From assembly GCA_000004985.1 (NCBI GenBank), contig GG738856.1: a DNA stretch of 64,000 bases; one strand, written 5' to 3'. The notes under the pieces were generated by a model. That model worked only from the letters and a program-made list of their open reading frames with translations, did no database searches and had not been told where the DNA came from. The DNA comes from Naegleria gruberi (taxonomy: Eukaryota). Position numbers and translations under genes: made by a program. The stretch's first letter is position 1. Every line of letters begins with the position of its first letter. This document shows, one piece after another, positions 1-10,168 of the stretch.

Positions 1-560
1 TTTGGTGATGAAGAAGCCAAATTGATAAGTGAAATGAAACAATTAACATCACTTGATATTTCTGGCAATCGAATTGGTGATGAAGGAGCCAAATATCTAA
101 GTGAAATGAAACAGTTGATATCACTCAATATTGGTGAAAATGAAATTGGTGATGAAGGAGCCAAATTGATAAGTGAAACCAGACAATTAGCATCACTTAA
201 TATTTGTTTCACTCAAATTGGTATAGAAGAAGCCAAATTGATAAGTGAAATGAGACAATTAACATCACTTAATATTTCTGACAATCGAATTTGTGTAGAA
301 GGAGCCAAATGGATAAGTGAAATGAGACAATTAACATCACTTGATATTTCTGGTAATCGAATTGGTGATGAAGGAGCCAAAACCATAAGTGAAATGAAAC
401 AATTAACATCACTTGATATTTCTTACAATCGAATTGGTGATGAAGGAGCCAAATTCATAAGTGAAATGAAACAGTTGATATCACTCAATATTCGTGGCAA
501 TCGAATTGGTGATGAAGGAGTCAAATATATAAGTGAAATGAAACAATTAACATCACTTAC
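1..560. repeat. 72-bp tandem coding repeat (one LRR unit per copy)
   Basis: The motif agtgaaatgaaacaattaacatcacttgatatttctggcaatcgaattggtgatgaaggagccaaa recurs with a 72-nt period and small substitutions. Confidence 0.6.
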
Positions 561-579
561 ATATAAGGGATTAAATTGA
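1..579 (+). CDS. Leucine-rich repeat protein (ribonuclease-inhibitor-type LRR), 5'-partial
   Basis: Frame 1 is open from base 1 to TGA 577-579. About eight 24-aa units ISEMKQLTSLDISGNRIGDEGAK occur, the same unit as in the F-box/LRR genes further along. Confidence 0.7.
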   Translation, partial: FGDEEAKLISEMKQLTSLDISGNRIGDEGAKYLSEMKQLISLNIGENEIGDEGAKLISETRQLASLNICFTQIGIEEAKLISEMRQLTSLNISDNRICVEGAKWISEMRQLTSLDISGNRIGDEGAKTISEMKQLTSLDISYNRIGDEGAKFISEMKQLISLNIRGNRIGDEGVKYISEMKQLTSLTYKGLN

Positions 580-1309
580 GTGAAGGTTAAGCTTTCCAGA
601 TCCCCAGTTTGAAATTTTTTTCTCATCCCTTAGTAACACTTTGATAAGTTATGGAATAATGTTTCATTTCTTCAAACAACACGGATCAATCTTCAGTATT
701 GAGATTGCAAGTATGAAAGAATGACTGTTGAAAATGTCGATTCCTATCCTCCTCCATTATTATTCCATCCAAGCAAGATTTGAACAGGGCAATACATGAG
801 GGCAGAGGGAGGTAAAAACATGGGGTGTGTAATTTTTATGACTTCCCTTATTGAATGATTGGAAGAATGTTTCACGTATTGTTTCGGTTTCCTTGAGTTT
901 AATCTAGTAAGGAAATTTCTGCTTCCTAAGATAAAAATAATATTCCGTATGAGCGTGAAAAATTTTAAAGCAAAATCAACAACAAACTATTCCAAGACAA
1001 TTTTCTTATCCAAATTGGAGAGAAACTTCATTCAATGATTATCAATATCCAACATTTTGAAATACTGTTAAAAAAATTCCACTTTTGATTTCTCATTTCT
1101 CCACAATCAAAATTTATGTTTTTGATTGAATAGTGCTTCAAACGTTTTGAGATTTGAAATTGATTCTAATCATAAGAGAAGGATATTTTCCAAACCCTAA
1201 ACACGCTAAAAGCAATCAACTCATTGAGTAATGAAAGAAACCAATTCAGTGCTGTACATTAATATTTGTTTGTTGAAATTTCAGTGAGAGCTCAAAAGGC
1301 GAAGCAACA

Positions 1310-1383
1310 GCCTTCCTAGCTCAGTTGGCAGTAGCGCTGTCCTAGTAAGACAGAGGTCTTGGGTTCGATTCCCAAGGGAGGCA
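1310..1383 (+). tRNA. tRNA-Thr (anticodon AGT)
   Basis: Cloverleaf: acceptor GCCTTCC/GGGAGGC; anticodon stem CTGTC/GACAG with loop CTAGTAA; T-arm TTGGG-TTCGATT-CCCAA; discriminator A. Confidence 0.85.
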
Positions 1384-1440
1384 TTCTTTTACGGTGAAAT
1401 CCTCTACATTGTTTTGCATTTTTTTTTATCAATTCTTCTT

Positions 1441-3075
1441 TCAATTATTTGAGTTTTGATAAAAACGTTCTCTAAGTGCTTTGAGAATGGCTTCAGCTCC
1501 TTCATGTAGAATTTCTTTAGAAATTTCGTCTCCATTTTCCCACTTACATTTATCCAAACCAAAAAAGGAAACATTAATCAATTCACAATACTCAACTGGA
1601 ATATTCTCCAAACATGGATTTTCAGCAATATTTAACATTCTTAAATATTTGAGTTTTGACAATTCTTTTGGAAGGTATTTGACATTATTTCTATAAAGAG
1701 AAATTGAAGCCAATTCACTAATTTCGGATAATTCCATTGGAAGGGTTTCGATTTGATTTTTATCAAACCAAAGAGCTCCCATTTGTTTACAATGACTCAA
1801 TTCAGGCGGAACTTGTGTTAACTTATTATTCATGATGAATAATTCATTCAAATTAAGTAAGGAGCAAATTTCTATTGGAAATTCAGATATTTGATTATTG
1901 TTCAAGTTGAGTCGAGTAAGTTTTTTCAAAATTGATAATCCATTGACATGTGTCAGTAAGTTATTGTCAAGATTTAAACTGGATATGAATGTAAAATCCA
2001 AAGTTTGAGTCAATTCTTTTGGAATTTCCAATAATTGTAAACTTTTCAATTCAATAGTGGAACCTCCTTCATTCAAAATCTTTTCCACTTTCATTTCCAT
2101 CCAATTTCCGTCATTATTCAGACTATTATCGTAAAGATTCTCCCATTGATTATTATCTTCCTGATATCGTTCTCCTTTAAATGCTCTTCCACGATCGTGA
2201 GAGCCACGACTTTCCCAAAACCCTTTTTCATTTTCCTTTGAAAATTTGAGTCCACATAAGAATTTACATCCTTTCCAGCCAAATAGTTGAGGAATCATGA
2301 GACGAATGTAACCATGCTCTTTGGAAATGAATTCTTCATTATATTTGAGAGCTAGAAATGAATCTGGTGTGTCCACGTCCTCTCTGTGGACATTCACAAC
2401 ATAACCATCAATTCCTGTTTGAATGAGAAATTTCCAGTCTGGATCTGGTTTTAGATAATTGATAATGGATTGAAAGGAAAGACCTTCCATGTGCATGTCC
2501 ATAACACTCCATGTGGTTACACAATGTAAATCAATTGTATATTTGGATAATGGGATAGATTCAAGTAATTCTGTGAGTGTGATTGTCTTGATCGGATGAT
2601 CATCTCCAAGGATTATTTCAAGTTCCCATGAGTTAATATCCATTTCTGGATGATACCCCAAATCGAGGACAGGCCACTTTTTAACTATTTTTTGGCCTTT
2701 TGGAAGTTTACTATTATCTTCTTCATCGAAAATTTGATAGTTTCCAGTGGTTTTAAAAGTACTTTGTCTTATTCTTTCAAGCTTTTCAATGTGAGATTCG
2801 TCTAATTTTAATTGTCTTTTTGCTTCGTTTACTGTTTTGATTTCCGAAATATTCTTTTGATCAGTGATTTTCTTTGTTACTTGATTCTTGGGTGACGATA
2901 TTTCTCTAGTTCTGCAAATATAAAAAGCCACCATTGATCCAAATATTATTAATGATGAAAATAATGGATTAGATTCAACTGGCAATATTGCAATGGTAAC
3001 GAAAACAAGACAGGCAAAAAATAGAAAATCAAGAGCTTGTGTGTTCATTGTATTTTTTTGATAAAAGTTCATCAA
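1441..3075 (-). CDS. Membrane-anchored MsrP/YedY-like molybdopterin oxidoreductase domain fused to C-terminal leucine-rich repeats
   Basis: The 544-aa ORF has N-terminal hydrophobic segments. The central region carries HCVTTWS, GYIRLMIPQLFGWKGCKFL and FWESRG, which resemble the sulfite-oxidase-family Mo domain of MsrP (CVEGWS, PxRLxxP, KYGFKxxK). The C-terminus has about six LxxLxLxxNxL repeats. Confidence 0.5.
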   Translation of the reverse strand: MMNFYQKNTMNTQALDFLFFACLVFVTIAILPVESNPLFSSLIIFGSMVAFYICRTREISSPKNQVTKKITDQKNISEIKTVNEAKRQLKLDESHIEKLERIRQSTFKTTGNYQIFDEEDNSKLPKGQKIVKKWPVLDLGYHPEMDINSWELEIILGDDHPIKTITLTELLESIPLSKYTIDLHCVTTWSVMDMHMEGLSFQSIINYLKPDPDWKFLIQTGIDGYVVNVHREDVDTPDSFLALKYNEEFISKEHGYIRLMIPQLFGWKGCKFLCGLKFSKENEKGFWESRGSHDRGRAFKGERYQEDNNQWENLYDNSLNNDGNWMEMKVEKILNEGGSTIELKSLQLLEIPKELTQTLDFTFISSLNLDNNLLTHVNGLSILKKLTRLNLNNNQISEFPIEICSLLNLNELFIMNNKLTQVPPELSHCKQMGALWFDKNQIETLPMELSEISELASISLYRNNVKYLPKELSKLKYLRMLNIAENPCLENIPVEYCELINVSFFGLDKCKWENGDEISKEILHEGAEAILKALRERFYQNSNN

Positions 3076-3081
3076 TATTTA

Positions 3082-6000
3082 TTACATCATCAATACAGCA
3101 ACCAAGGCCAAAATGAGCATCAAAGCGTTAACAGCAACATTAGAACTTGCATTAACTTTGGTACTCTTCACTGGAGTTACAGTTGAAGGTTTTGGAGTTG
3201 TTGAAGAGCCTGGTGTAACAGTGGTTTGAGAAGTAATGATATAAGTACCAGTGCTTGAAACAGAAGCAGTGATAGTACCGTCGTTGTTCGTAGTTAAGGT
3301 GCATCCAGAGGCAGTTTCATACGTGTTAGTAACAGTATTGAGTACCTTACATGTGTTGACAGTTTCCATCAAAGTTCTTGATTTCTTTGTGAGTTCAAAG
3401 ACCAAATCAGCAATAGAAGAAGAATTAGAAACAGTGACAGCAGTTCCATCAACCAACTTGAAATCAATAGCCTTAGTAATAGTATTATCAACACCAGTAA
3501 CATCAATAACTTTAGCCATAACATTGACAGTCTTGAGAGAAGCAATTTGACTCAATTGAGCAAACTTGGAAGATAACTTGATCTTATTGTTACCAAGAAT
3601 CTTTTCAGAGAGGGAGTTCAAGGTAGCAATGTTAACCTTACGAGTAAGAGTTGTTACACCACCAGCATTAACAATGGTAGATGGCAAGTCAGCAATAGTG
3701 TCCTTAACAGACAAAGTTGCCAAATTGGTATAAACAGTGTTAATGTTTGCAAGGTCAACCTTACTGAAAACTCTCTTTCTTTGTTGACCTTTTTGAATAA
3801 CTTCAAGGAATTTGTCAGCAGATTTCTTTACATTGTCAATCATTTCACTTCCAAGTTCGATGCCGTTAGTGTTAACATTTCCTGTAGTATTTGCGAGACT
3901 GTCAACAACCTTGGCTGTAGTACTATCAGCAACCATTCCAGAAGAAACAGAAGTACTGAATGATGAAGCAAAAGACAGACCATTTTCAGCAGAGCTCTTG
4001 GAAACAGAAATACTATCAGTTTTGGCTTGTTGGTCTAGGAAGGCATCTGCAATAGCAGAAGCAGCTTGCTTGATAGAATCAATTTGTGAAGAGTTCAACT
4101 TGTTAATATCAACACTACCAATAACAGACATGGCAGATGAAGCAGCAGACAATGTGACAGTACCCTTAGAGGTGGCCATTGAAGACAAGGCAGAAACAGA
4201 TTCTTCAGCAGATGGCTTGGTAATAGTAACATCAAAAGTAGCATATGAAGAAGCACCCAAAAAGTCGTACACAACAGCCTTAACAGTCAAAATATTACCA
4301 GATGTTGGTGCTGGGAGTGAGATACTTGCGGATGGTTCTTCAGTTCTGTCAGTAAGAGGGTTCCACTTGTTACCCTTGTTATCGTAGAACATGAATTGAT
4401 AAGTCAATGGTGTTTGAGGATCAGACCAACCATTACCACACTTGATATCGAAAATATCGCTCAAAGCTTTACCAGTGATTGGATAGACATCGAATTGACC
4501 TTGAGTTGGTGGAGAGTTGACAGTGAATGTAACCTTAGCAGAACCTTCCTTGACACCATCAGTGACAGCCAAAGAAACAGTATATGAGTCACCTGGAGAA
4601 AGCAAGCTGGATGGAATCTTCAAATAGCTTGAAGTGGTGGAGGTATTAGTGTTGAGTTCAAAGTTTTCAGCAGACCAAGTAAATGATGGGCTTGATAATT
4701 GAACACCCCATGTAGTATAGGTCAAATACAAGTCCTTAGATGGATCAACAACAGTCAAGTCAACATTTGAAGTAATTGAAACTTTGAGAAGAGTATCCTT
4801 TGCTTGCTCAAGGAGAGTAACAAACAAGTAACGAGTAGCACCTCTTGATCCCTTAGTTACAGTTGCAGTGAATTGGTATGCTCCAGCAGTGAATTGAGTG
4901 CTTGTGAATGAAGAAACATATCCAGGTTGAATGGTACAGTCTTGGCCATTAGTCAAATCATAACAAGTGATGGATACATTTTGGGCATCATTGGTATTAC
5001 TTGGATCAACAACCTTAATATTAAATGAAATTGGATCTTGATTAGATTGAATAACATTGTCAATGGAATAGGAGAGGATCAATGGTTGAGCAATAGCAGT
5101 TACCTTGATTGAGGTTGAGGATGATTCTGCTCCATTAGCTGTGGCAGTGACTGTAAAGTAGTAATCACCTTCTTGATTAATTTCAGTAAATCCCTTACCA
5201 AGGACCAGCATTCCATTCTTTGTTTTTGGTGTAACAATGGATGCAGATTGAGAAGCATCTAAAGTATAACTGTATTGAACTTGACCATTTCCGTTGTAAC
5301 AGGATGGGAATTTGATAATTGGATTAATAGTTGAAACAGAACCAATCATAAACTTGCTTTCAGCACCTTGCTTAATGAACACAGCTGGAACAGCATTGGC
5401 AATAACTGTGAAAGAGAAGGACTTGGTATCCGATTTACCGAAACTACTGGTGACAGTAACAGAAACAATGTAAGTACCAGCAGACAAACCGAGCTCGTTC
5501 AATTTGATTCTCAATCCACCTCGAGTTTCACTCTTGATAGCAGTTGAGAGCTTATCTTCATCTGAACTTGATGGTCCCGAAGCAACAGACCAGGAGAAAG
5601 TTAATGGACGACGATCCAAAGAAACTGAACCATAAGCATTCAAGAACAAATCATCGCATGTTGAAACAACGCTCTTGTCACCAATCAAGGAAACAGTTGG
5701 TGAAGCAGCAATGAATTCACCACTTTGAACTTCTGCATTAGTAGCTTCCTTACTACCTGGATATTTCAATGGTCTAAGAACATCTGAGGTAGTAACAGCA
5801 GCATTAGGTCCCAAAATTACTTCCAAAGTGCTCTTGTCAGTATTGAAAACACATTGAGATCTATCACCAAGCTTTAAAACATCTTGGAAGATTTGATCAC
5901 ATGGAATTGGTCTCTTGAGGGTGGAGTAAACAGTTGCAACAAGTCTGTCACCGTTGGCATTGAACTTGAGAGAGGATGTATCAAATTTATAGTCACAATT

Positions 6001-7864
6001 ATCACCAGCATATTGGTTGAGACAAACACCTGGAGCACATTTAGCAGCTGGGTCAACATTTGGACTATTACAAGTGCAAGAGCCATCATAGGTACAAGTT
6101 CCTCTACCATTGCAAGTGGATGGGTTACAAGAAATTGAACAATTTGCACCAACAAATCCACCAATACACTTTTCACAATATTCACCAGCATAATTTCCAT
6201 CACATTTACATTTCAAACCTTGACATTTACCCTTGCCACCACAAGTACCAGCATCTGTACACACTGGTTCTTTACAATCATCTCCCTTAAATGCAGGACT
6301 ACAACTAGAACAATTACGAGAACCAGTCCAAGCAGAATCACATTGACAAGTATCTGGACCAACACACTTACCGTGTTGAGAACAAGCATATTGACTATTT
6401 CTATCAACACCATGGCATGAGAATGATTGACAAGATGATCCTTCGAAACCAGCCAAGCATTTACAAGCATTTGGACCTTGGCATGAACCCTTACCATTAC
6501 ATACTGATCTATCAGTAGCTGGAGTATTGTAACATATTGGAATTTCACAATTTGCACCAGTGTATCCAGCAATACACTTCAAACAGTAGGTGCTAGGATC
6601 AAAATTACCTCTACATTGACAAACGTCGACATCAGTACATTTACCATTGAAGGAACAACCACCAGCTTGTTCAGTCTTACCATTACAAGTTTTGATATCG
6701 CATTCAATTCCTGAATAACCAGCTTTACAATTACAAGTATTTGGAGCAACACATTTACCTTTGCCACCACAAACTTGAGCCTCATCTTGAGGTTTACCGA
6801 AACAAGTTGNNNNNNNNNNNNNNNNNNNNNNNNNNNNNNNNNNNNNNNNNNNNNNNNNNCAGTTCCATTCACACAGCACCATTCTTACATTGAATATTAG
6901 CACATGGATCAACTGGACCTGGTGGAGGATTTGGATTGCTTCCATTATTATTAGTATTATTATTACCTGGATTTGGATTAGGTGTTGGACTACTTCCATT
7001 ATTATTATTATTATTAGGATTTGGATTTGGGTTGCTTCCATTGTTGTTGGTGTTATTATTACCTGGATTTGGATTAACAACTTGATCACAATGAGGACCA
7101 GTGAAACCTTGTTGACATTCACATGTTCCATTCACACAAGTACCATTACCACAGTGAATATTAGCACATGGATCAACTGGACCTGGTGGAGGATTTGGAT
7201 TGCTTCCATTGTTATTAGTATTATTATTACCTGGATTAGGATTAGGTGTTGGACTACTTTCATTATTGTTATTAGTATTATTATTAGGATTTGGATTTGG
7301 ATTAGGGTTAGGATTTGGGTTGCTTCCATTGTTATTGGTATTATTATTACCTGGATTTGGATTAACAACTTGATCACAATGAGGACCAGTGAAACCTTGT
7401 TGGCATTCACATGTTCCATTCACACAAGTACCATTACCACATTGAACATTGGCACATGGATCAACTGGACCTGGTGGAGGATTTGGATTACTGTTGTTAT
7501 TATTTCCAAGAACTACTTCACAATGAACACCATCAAAACCTTGATTACATTCGCACATACCAGAGGTCATGTTACAAACACCATGACCGCAATCAGAATT
7601 ATTAGAGCACAAAGGTGCACAGAGAGTATCATTATAATAGTAGCTAAGACTTCCATCGCAGCCACATGTGCCATTAAGACACACCAAATTTACACCATTC
7701 ATAGTTTGATTGAGTACATTATCATAGAAAGGATAATTACACTCAGAATCATTTTGGCACCCTTTCACTACAAAGCCATTAAGCAACAGCAGTGTAGAAA
7801 ACAGGGACACCAAAGCAAATACAAAAGTTAGCCTTGTTGTCTGCATATTTTTTCTTGAGGTCAT
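3082..7864 (-). CDS. Giant secreted/surface glycoprotein with EGF-like repeats, N/P-rich linkers, a Ser/Thr-rich region and a hydrophobic C-terminus; interrupted by an assembly gap
   Basis: A signal peptide (MTSRKNMQTTRLTFVFALVSLFSTLLLLNG) sits at 7864. Repeated CANIQCGNGTCVNGTCECQQGFTGPHC EGF modules follow. After the gap there are more EGF/tenascin-type Cys repeats, then about 1000 aa of S/T-rich beta-rich sequence, ending in ...NVAVNALMLILALVAVLMM (TM or GPI signal). The two ORF-track pieces differ in frame because the gap length is unknown. Confidence 0.6.
6810..6859. other. Assembly gap (50 N)
   Basis: A run of N lies inside the EGF-repeat gene. Confidence 0.95.
6861..7500. repeat. ~243-bp tandem repeat (about 2.6 copies) encoding EGF module + GNNNTNNNGSNPNP linker
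   Basis: Near-identical blocks start near 6890, 7133 and 7375 (ccattcacacaagtaccattaccaca...ggatttggattgcttccatt). The array abuts the N-gap. Confidence 0.7.
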
Positions 7865-8373
7865 CTATAAGCAAGGAGCAAAAAATACTTAAAGGCTTTG
7901 GAATGCAGTTGTGACAGTTTGTGTAGACATCATCGCGGCCTTAATATGAGCATGGATTACCTTAACGGGAGCGGTTTTGAGCATTAAGATTATGCGCAAC
8001 CATACAATGAACTTGTGTGTAACGTTGAAATGCACCTCTTGGTTCCTAGTAACGGATCAGCTAATTTAAGTTGTTGATTCTTCTACTTCCTTAATATAAG
8101 CTTCATTCTAATAAGCAATAGATGTAATATATTCATGTAAGTGGACCTTGTTTGACAATGAGAGACTTTTGTCCATGAAAAACGCGGAAAGCTCAAACCT
8201 TGGTGTATAATGCCTCAATTTTTCACTGAGTTGGTCCATCAAAATATTGACATTAAGGAAGATTGAGTTCGAATCCACAATGCAAACAAAGGAAACCAAA
8301 TTAAAGAACTTGGGTTGATCTTTGTAATTATCATCATTGAGCAATCTATTTTTACCAATTCAGAAAAAATACA

Positions 8374-9000
8374 ATGAACGAGAGAAACAAGGGCAGATTT
8401 GGCGTAAAAACCAATCAAACACTCAAGTTTAGTCATCAATTAAATGTAGAAAGAGAGAAGGGATGTATATTTGAATGGCAAGATGTCTCGGGACTCTACG
8501 GAAGACAACATGTAGTCTCTCATTCACTTGATAAACATAGAAGATGGGAATTGGTCCCAGAAGATGGTGATCAAGAAACCTCTTCTTCTTCTTCGCAATT
8601 CGAAGAGAAACAAGAGAGAAAGGAAAAGAACAAGGATGACAAGAGAGAGGACTTTCAGAGAAAGACTGATAAAAGTAAACATACTAAACGTTTGGAGAGA
8701 AAGGAACAAAACAAACAAGCAGCAATTTTGGAAAAGCAAAAGGAATCCCAGGCTCAAACTCAGCCACCAGAACACCAACAAGATGATGAAAAAGTTGTTA
8801 AAATTTACACATCAGGTTCTCAAATTAGAGGTAATTTGACTGCTGACAAGGCTCCGGATTTGAATATTTATGTTCCTGAGAATGAAGGTGTTAGAATGAA
8901 GAAGGGACAAAATAGACATCGTGAAAAGTATATTTACGGTGGAGATGTTGAACCTAGAAGAGAAAAGAAGGAACAATTTGTGAAGAGTATTTTTTTGTAA
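8374..9000 (+). CDS. Hypothetical highly charged (K/E/R-rich) protein, probably nuclear
   Basis: The 208-aa ORF starts at ATG and includes a charged stretch KEKNKDDKREDFQRKTDKSKHTKRLERKEQNK. No family is recognised. Confidence 0.45.
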   Translation: MNERNKGRFGVKTNQTLKFSHQLNVEREKGCIFEWQDVSGLYGRQHVVSHSLDKHRRWELVPEDGDQETSSSSSQFEEKQERKEKNKDDKREDFQRKTDKSKHTKRLERKEQNKQAAILEKQKESQAQTQPPEHQQDDEKVVKIYTSGSQIRGNLTADKAPDLNIYVPENEGVRMKKGQNRHREKYIYGGDVEPRREKKEQFVKSIFL

Positions 9001-9045
9001 TCAATTAATTAGATAATATTACAATAATTATTATAGAGTATTCTA

Positions 9046-9990
9046 CTAGCAAAGAATACACTTTTTATCTTTCTTTCGATGGCTAGTATGAGTTTCAAAG
9101 CTTTTTATAACTTGAACGAGTCTGTGATATCTAATTAGAATACTGAAGGCATTGGAAACTGTTTCATTGTGTGCAGCGGATGCCATGATAATGGGACAAT
9201 ACTTTAGTTTCGGATTTCTTGTGAAAATTTCATAAACATCCTTCAAGTTAAATTGATATGCTGAAGAATCAACATCAACCTTATTCACAACAATGACATA
9301 GGATTTGTACATTTTCTTCTCCTTAAAATTTGATTTTAGAACCTCCTCTAGCTCTGTAAGAGATTGTCTATCATTTATCGAACAAACTAACATGAAACAC
9401 TCTCCAAATTTATATTCCATTCCAAAAGAGAAAGAATCCTCAATAACTAATCTCGTAGGATAATCATCAACAATGGCATTCTTCCATGTAGTTTCCTCAA
9501 TAGTTGGATCTATCTTTACTCCATCAAAATAGTTCATGACATATTGAACTGTCAGAGCTGTCTTTCCAACATTTGCTATTCCACCAACGAATATTTTGAA
9601 ATCAGCTTGTCCGTAATAATTCTTATTATTTGATTCCTTTTCAAGTTGCAAACTCTTATAATTCTCCTTAAACTTGTGCATTAATTGAGCGTATCGACTT
9701 CTGTTACTCATTGTTGATGGCCATGGTATTTCTTCATCTTGTTTTGCCAATACTTCCTCTGTCCATTCCCGATGAGAGAGTCTTGCCCAACCCATCACTA
9801 AATACCTCCAATAACCATCCTGTAAATATTGATCAATTGGAGAGTCTTTCTTGAATGAGAGAGCCATCGAACAAGCTGCCTTACTTCTCATAGTTTCACC
9901 TTCCTTGTATTTAAAATTCAAAGGCTCTTGATTCAGACCACAATAATTCAAAATGATAATAATTAATTCATCGGGCAATCTGTTCGTCAT
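9046..9990 (-). CDS. F-box-like + Ras-like small GTPase with C-terminal CaaX (CILC)
   Basis: The N-terminus LPDELIIIILNYCGL is F-box-like. The GTPase has a P-loop GGIANVGKT, a G4 motif VVNKVD and a G5 motif SAAH. It ends in KKCILC. Confidence 0.65.
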   Translation of the reverse strand: MTNRLPDELIIIILNYCGLNQEPLNFKYKEGETMRSKAACSMALSFKKDSPIDQYLQDGYWRYLVMGWARLSHREWTEEVLAKQDEEIPWPSTMSNRSRYAQLMHKFKENYKSLQLEKESNNKNYYGQADFKIFVGGIANVGKTALTVQYVMNYFDGVKIDPTIEETTWKNAIVDDYPTRLVIEDSFSFGMEYKFGECFMLVCSINDRQSLTELEEVLKSNFKEKKMYKSYVIVVNKVDVDSSAYQFNLKDVYEIFTRNPKLKYCPIIMASAAHNETVSNAFSILIRYHRLVQVIKSFETHTSHRKKDKKCILC

Positions 9991-10168
9991 ATTGTATCAA
10001 AGTTAATTAAATCCTTATATTTAAATAAATTAATAATAATTATATAATATCAAATTAGACAATTAATAGTTTCATTTTTTAAAGTTCATACAACAACAAA
10101 TGATTTGAGATGTGTATTAATTATCTTGATACATTTAATCTTCAATAATTAATATTACAAAAAACAAC

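Noticed and set aside
423-626. Minus-strand ORF inside the LRR gene, and similar antisense ORFs such as 11549-11764, 12108-12290, 29798-30787, 60466-61406
   Set aside because: They are shadow ORFs on the opposite strand of repetitive LRR or F-box genes, with no independent signal.
1-7500. The 72-bp and 243-bp tandem repeats as possible CRISPR-like arrays
   Set aside because: Both are in-frame coding repeats (LRR units; EGF + linker). There are no spacers, and the context is eukaryotic.
3251-7831. Many plus-strand and alternate-frame ORFs inside the giant EGF gene (e.g. 3812-4387, 6890-7831, 7132-7419, 5874-6203)
   Set aside because: They are alternate-frame translations of low-complexity, repeat-rich coding sequence. 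The MEHVN..KVSLVLIVIKLL peptides are just the tandem repeat in another frame.
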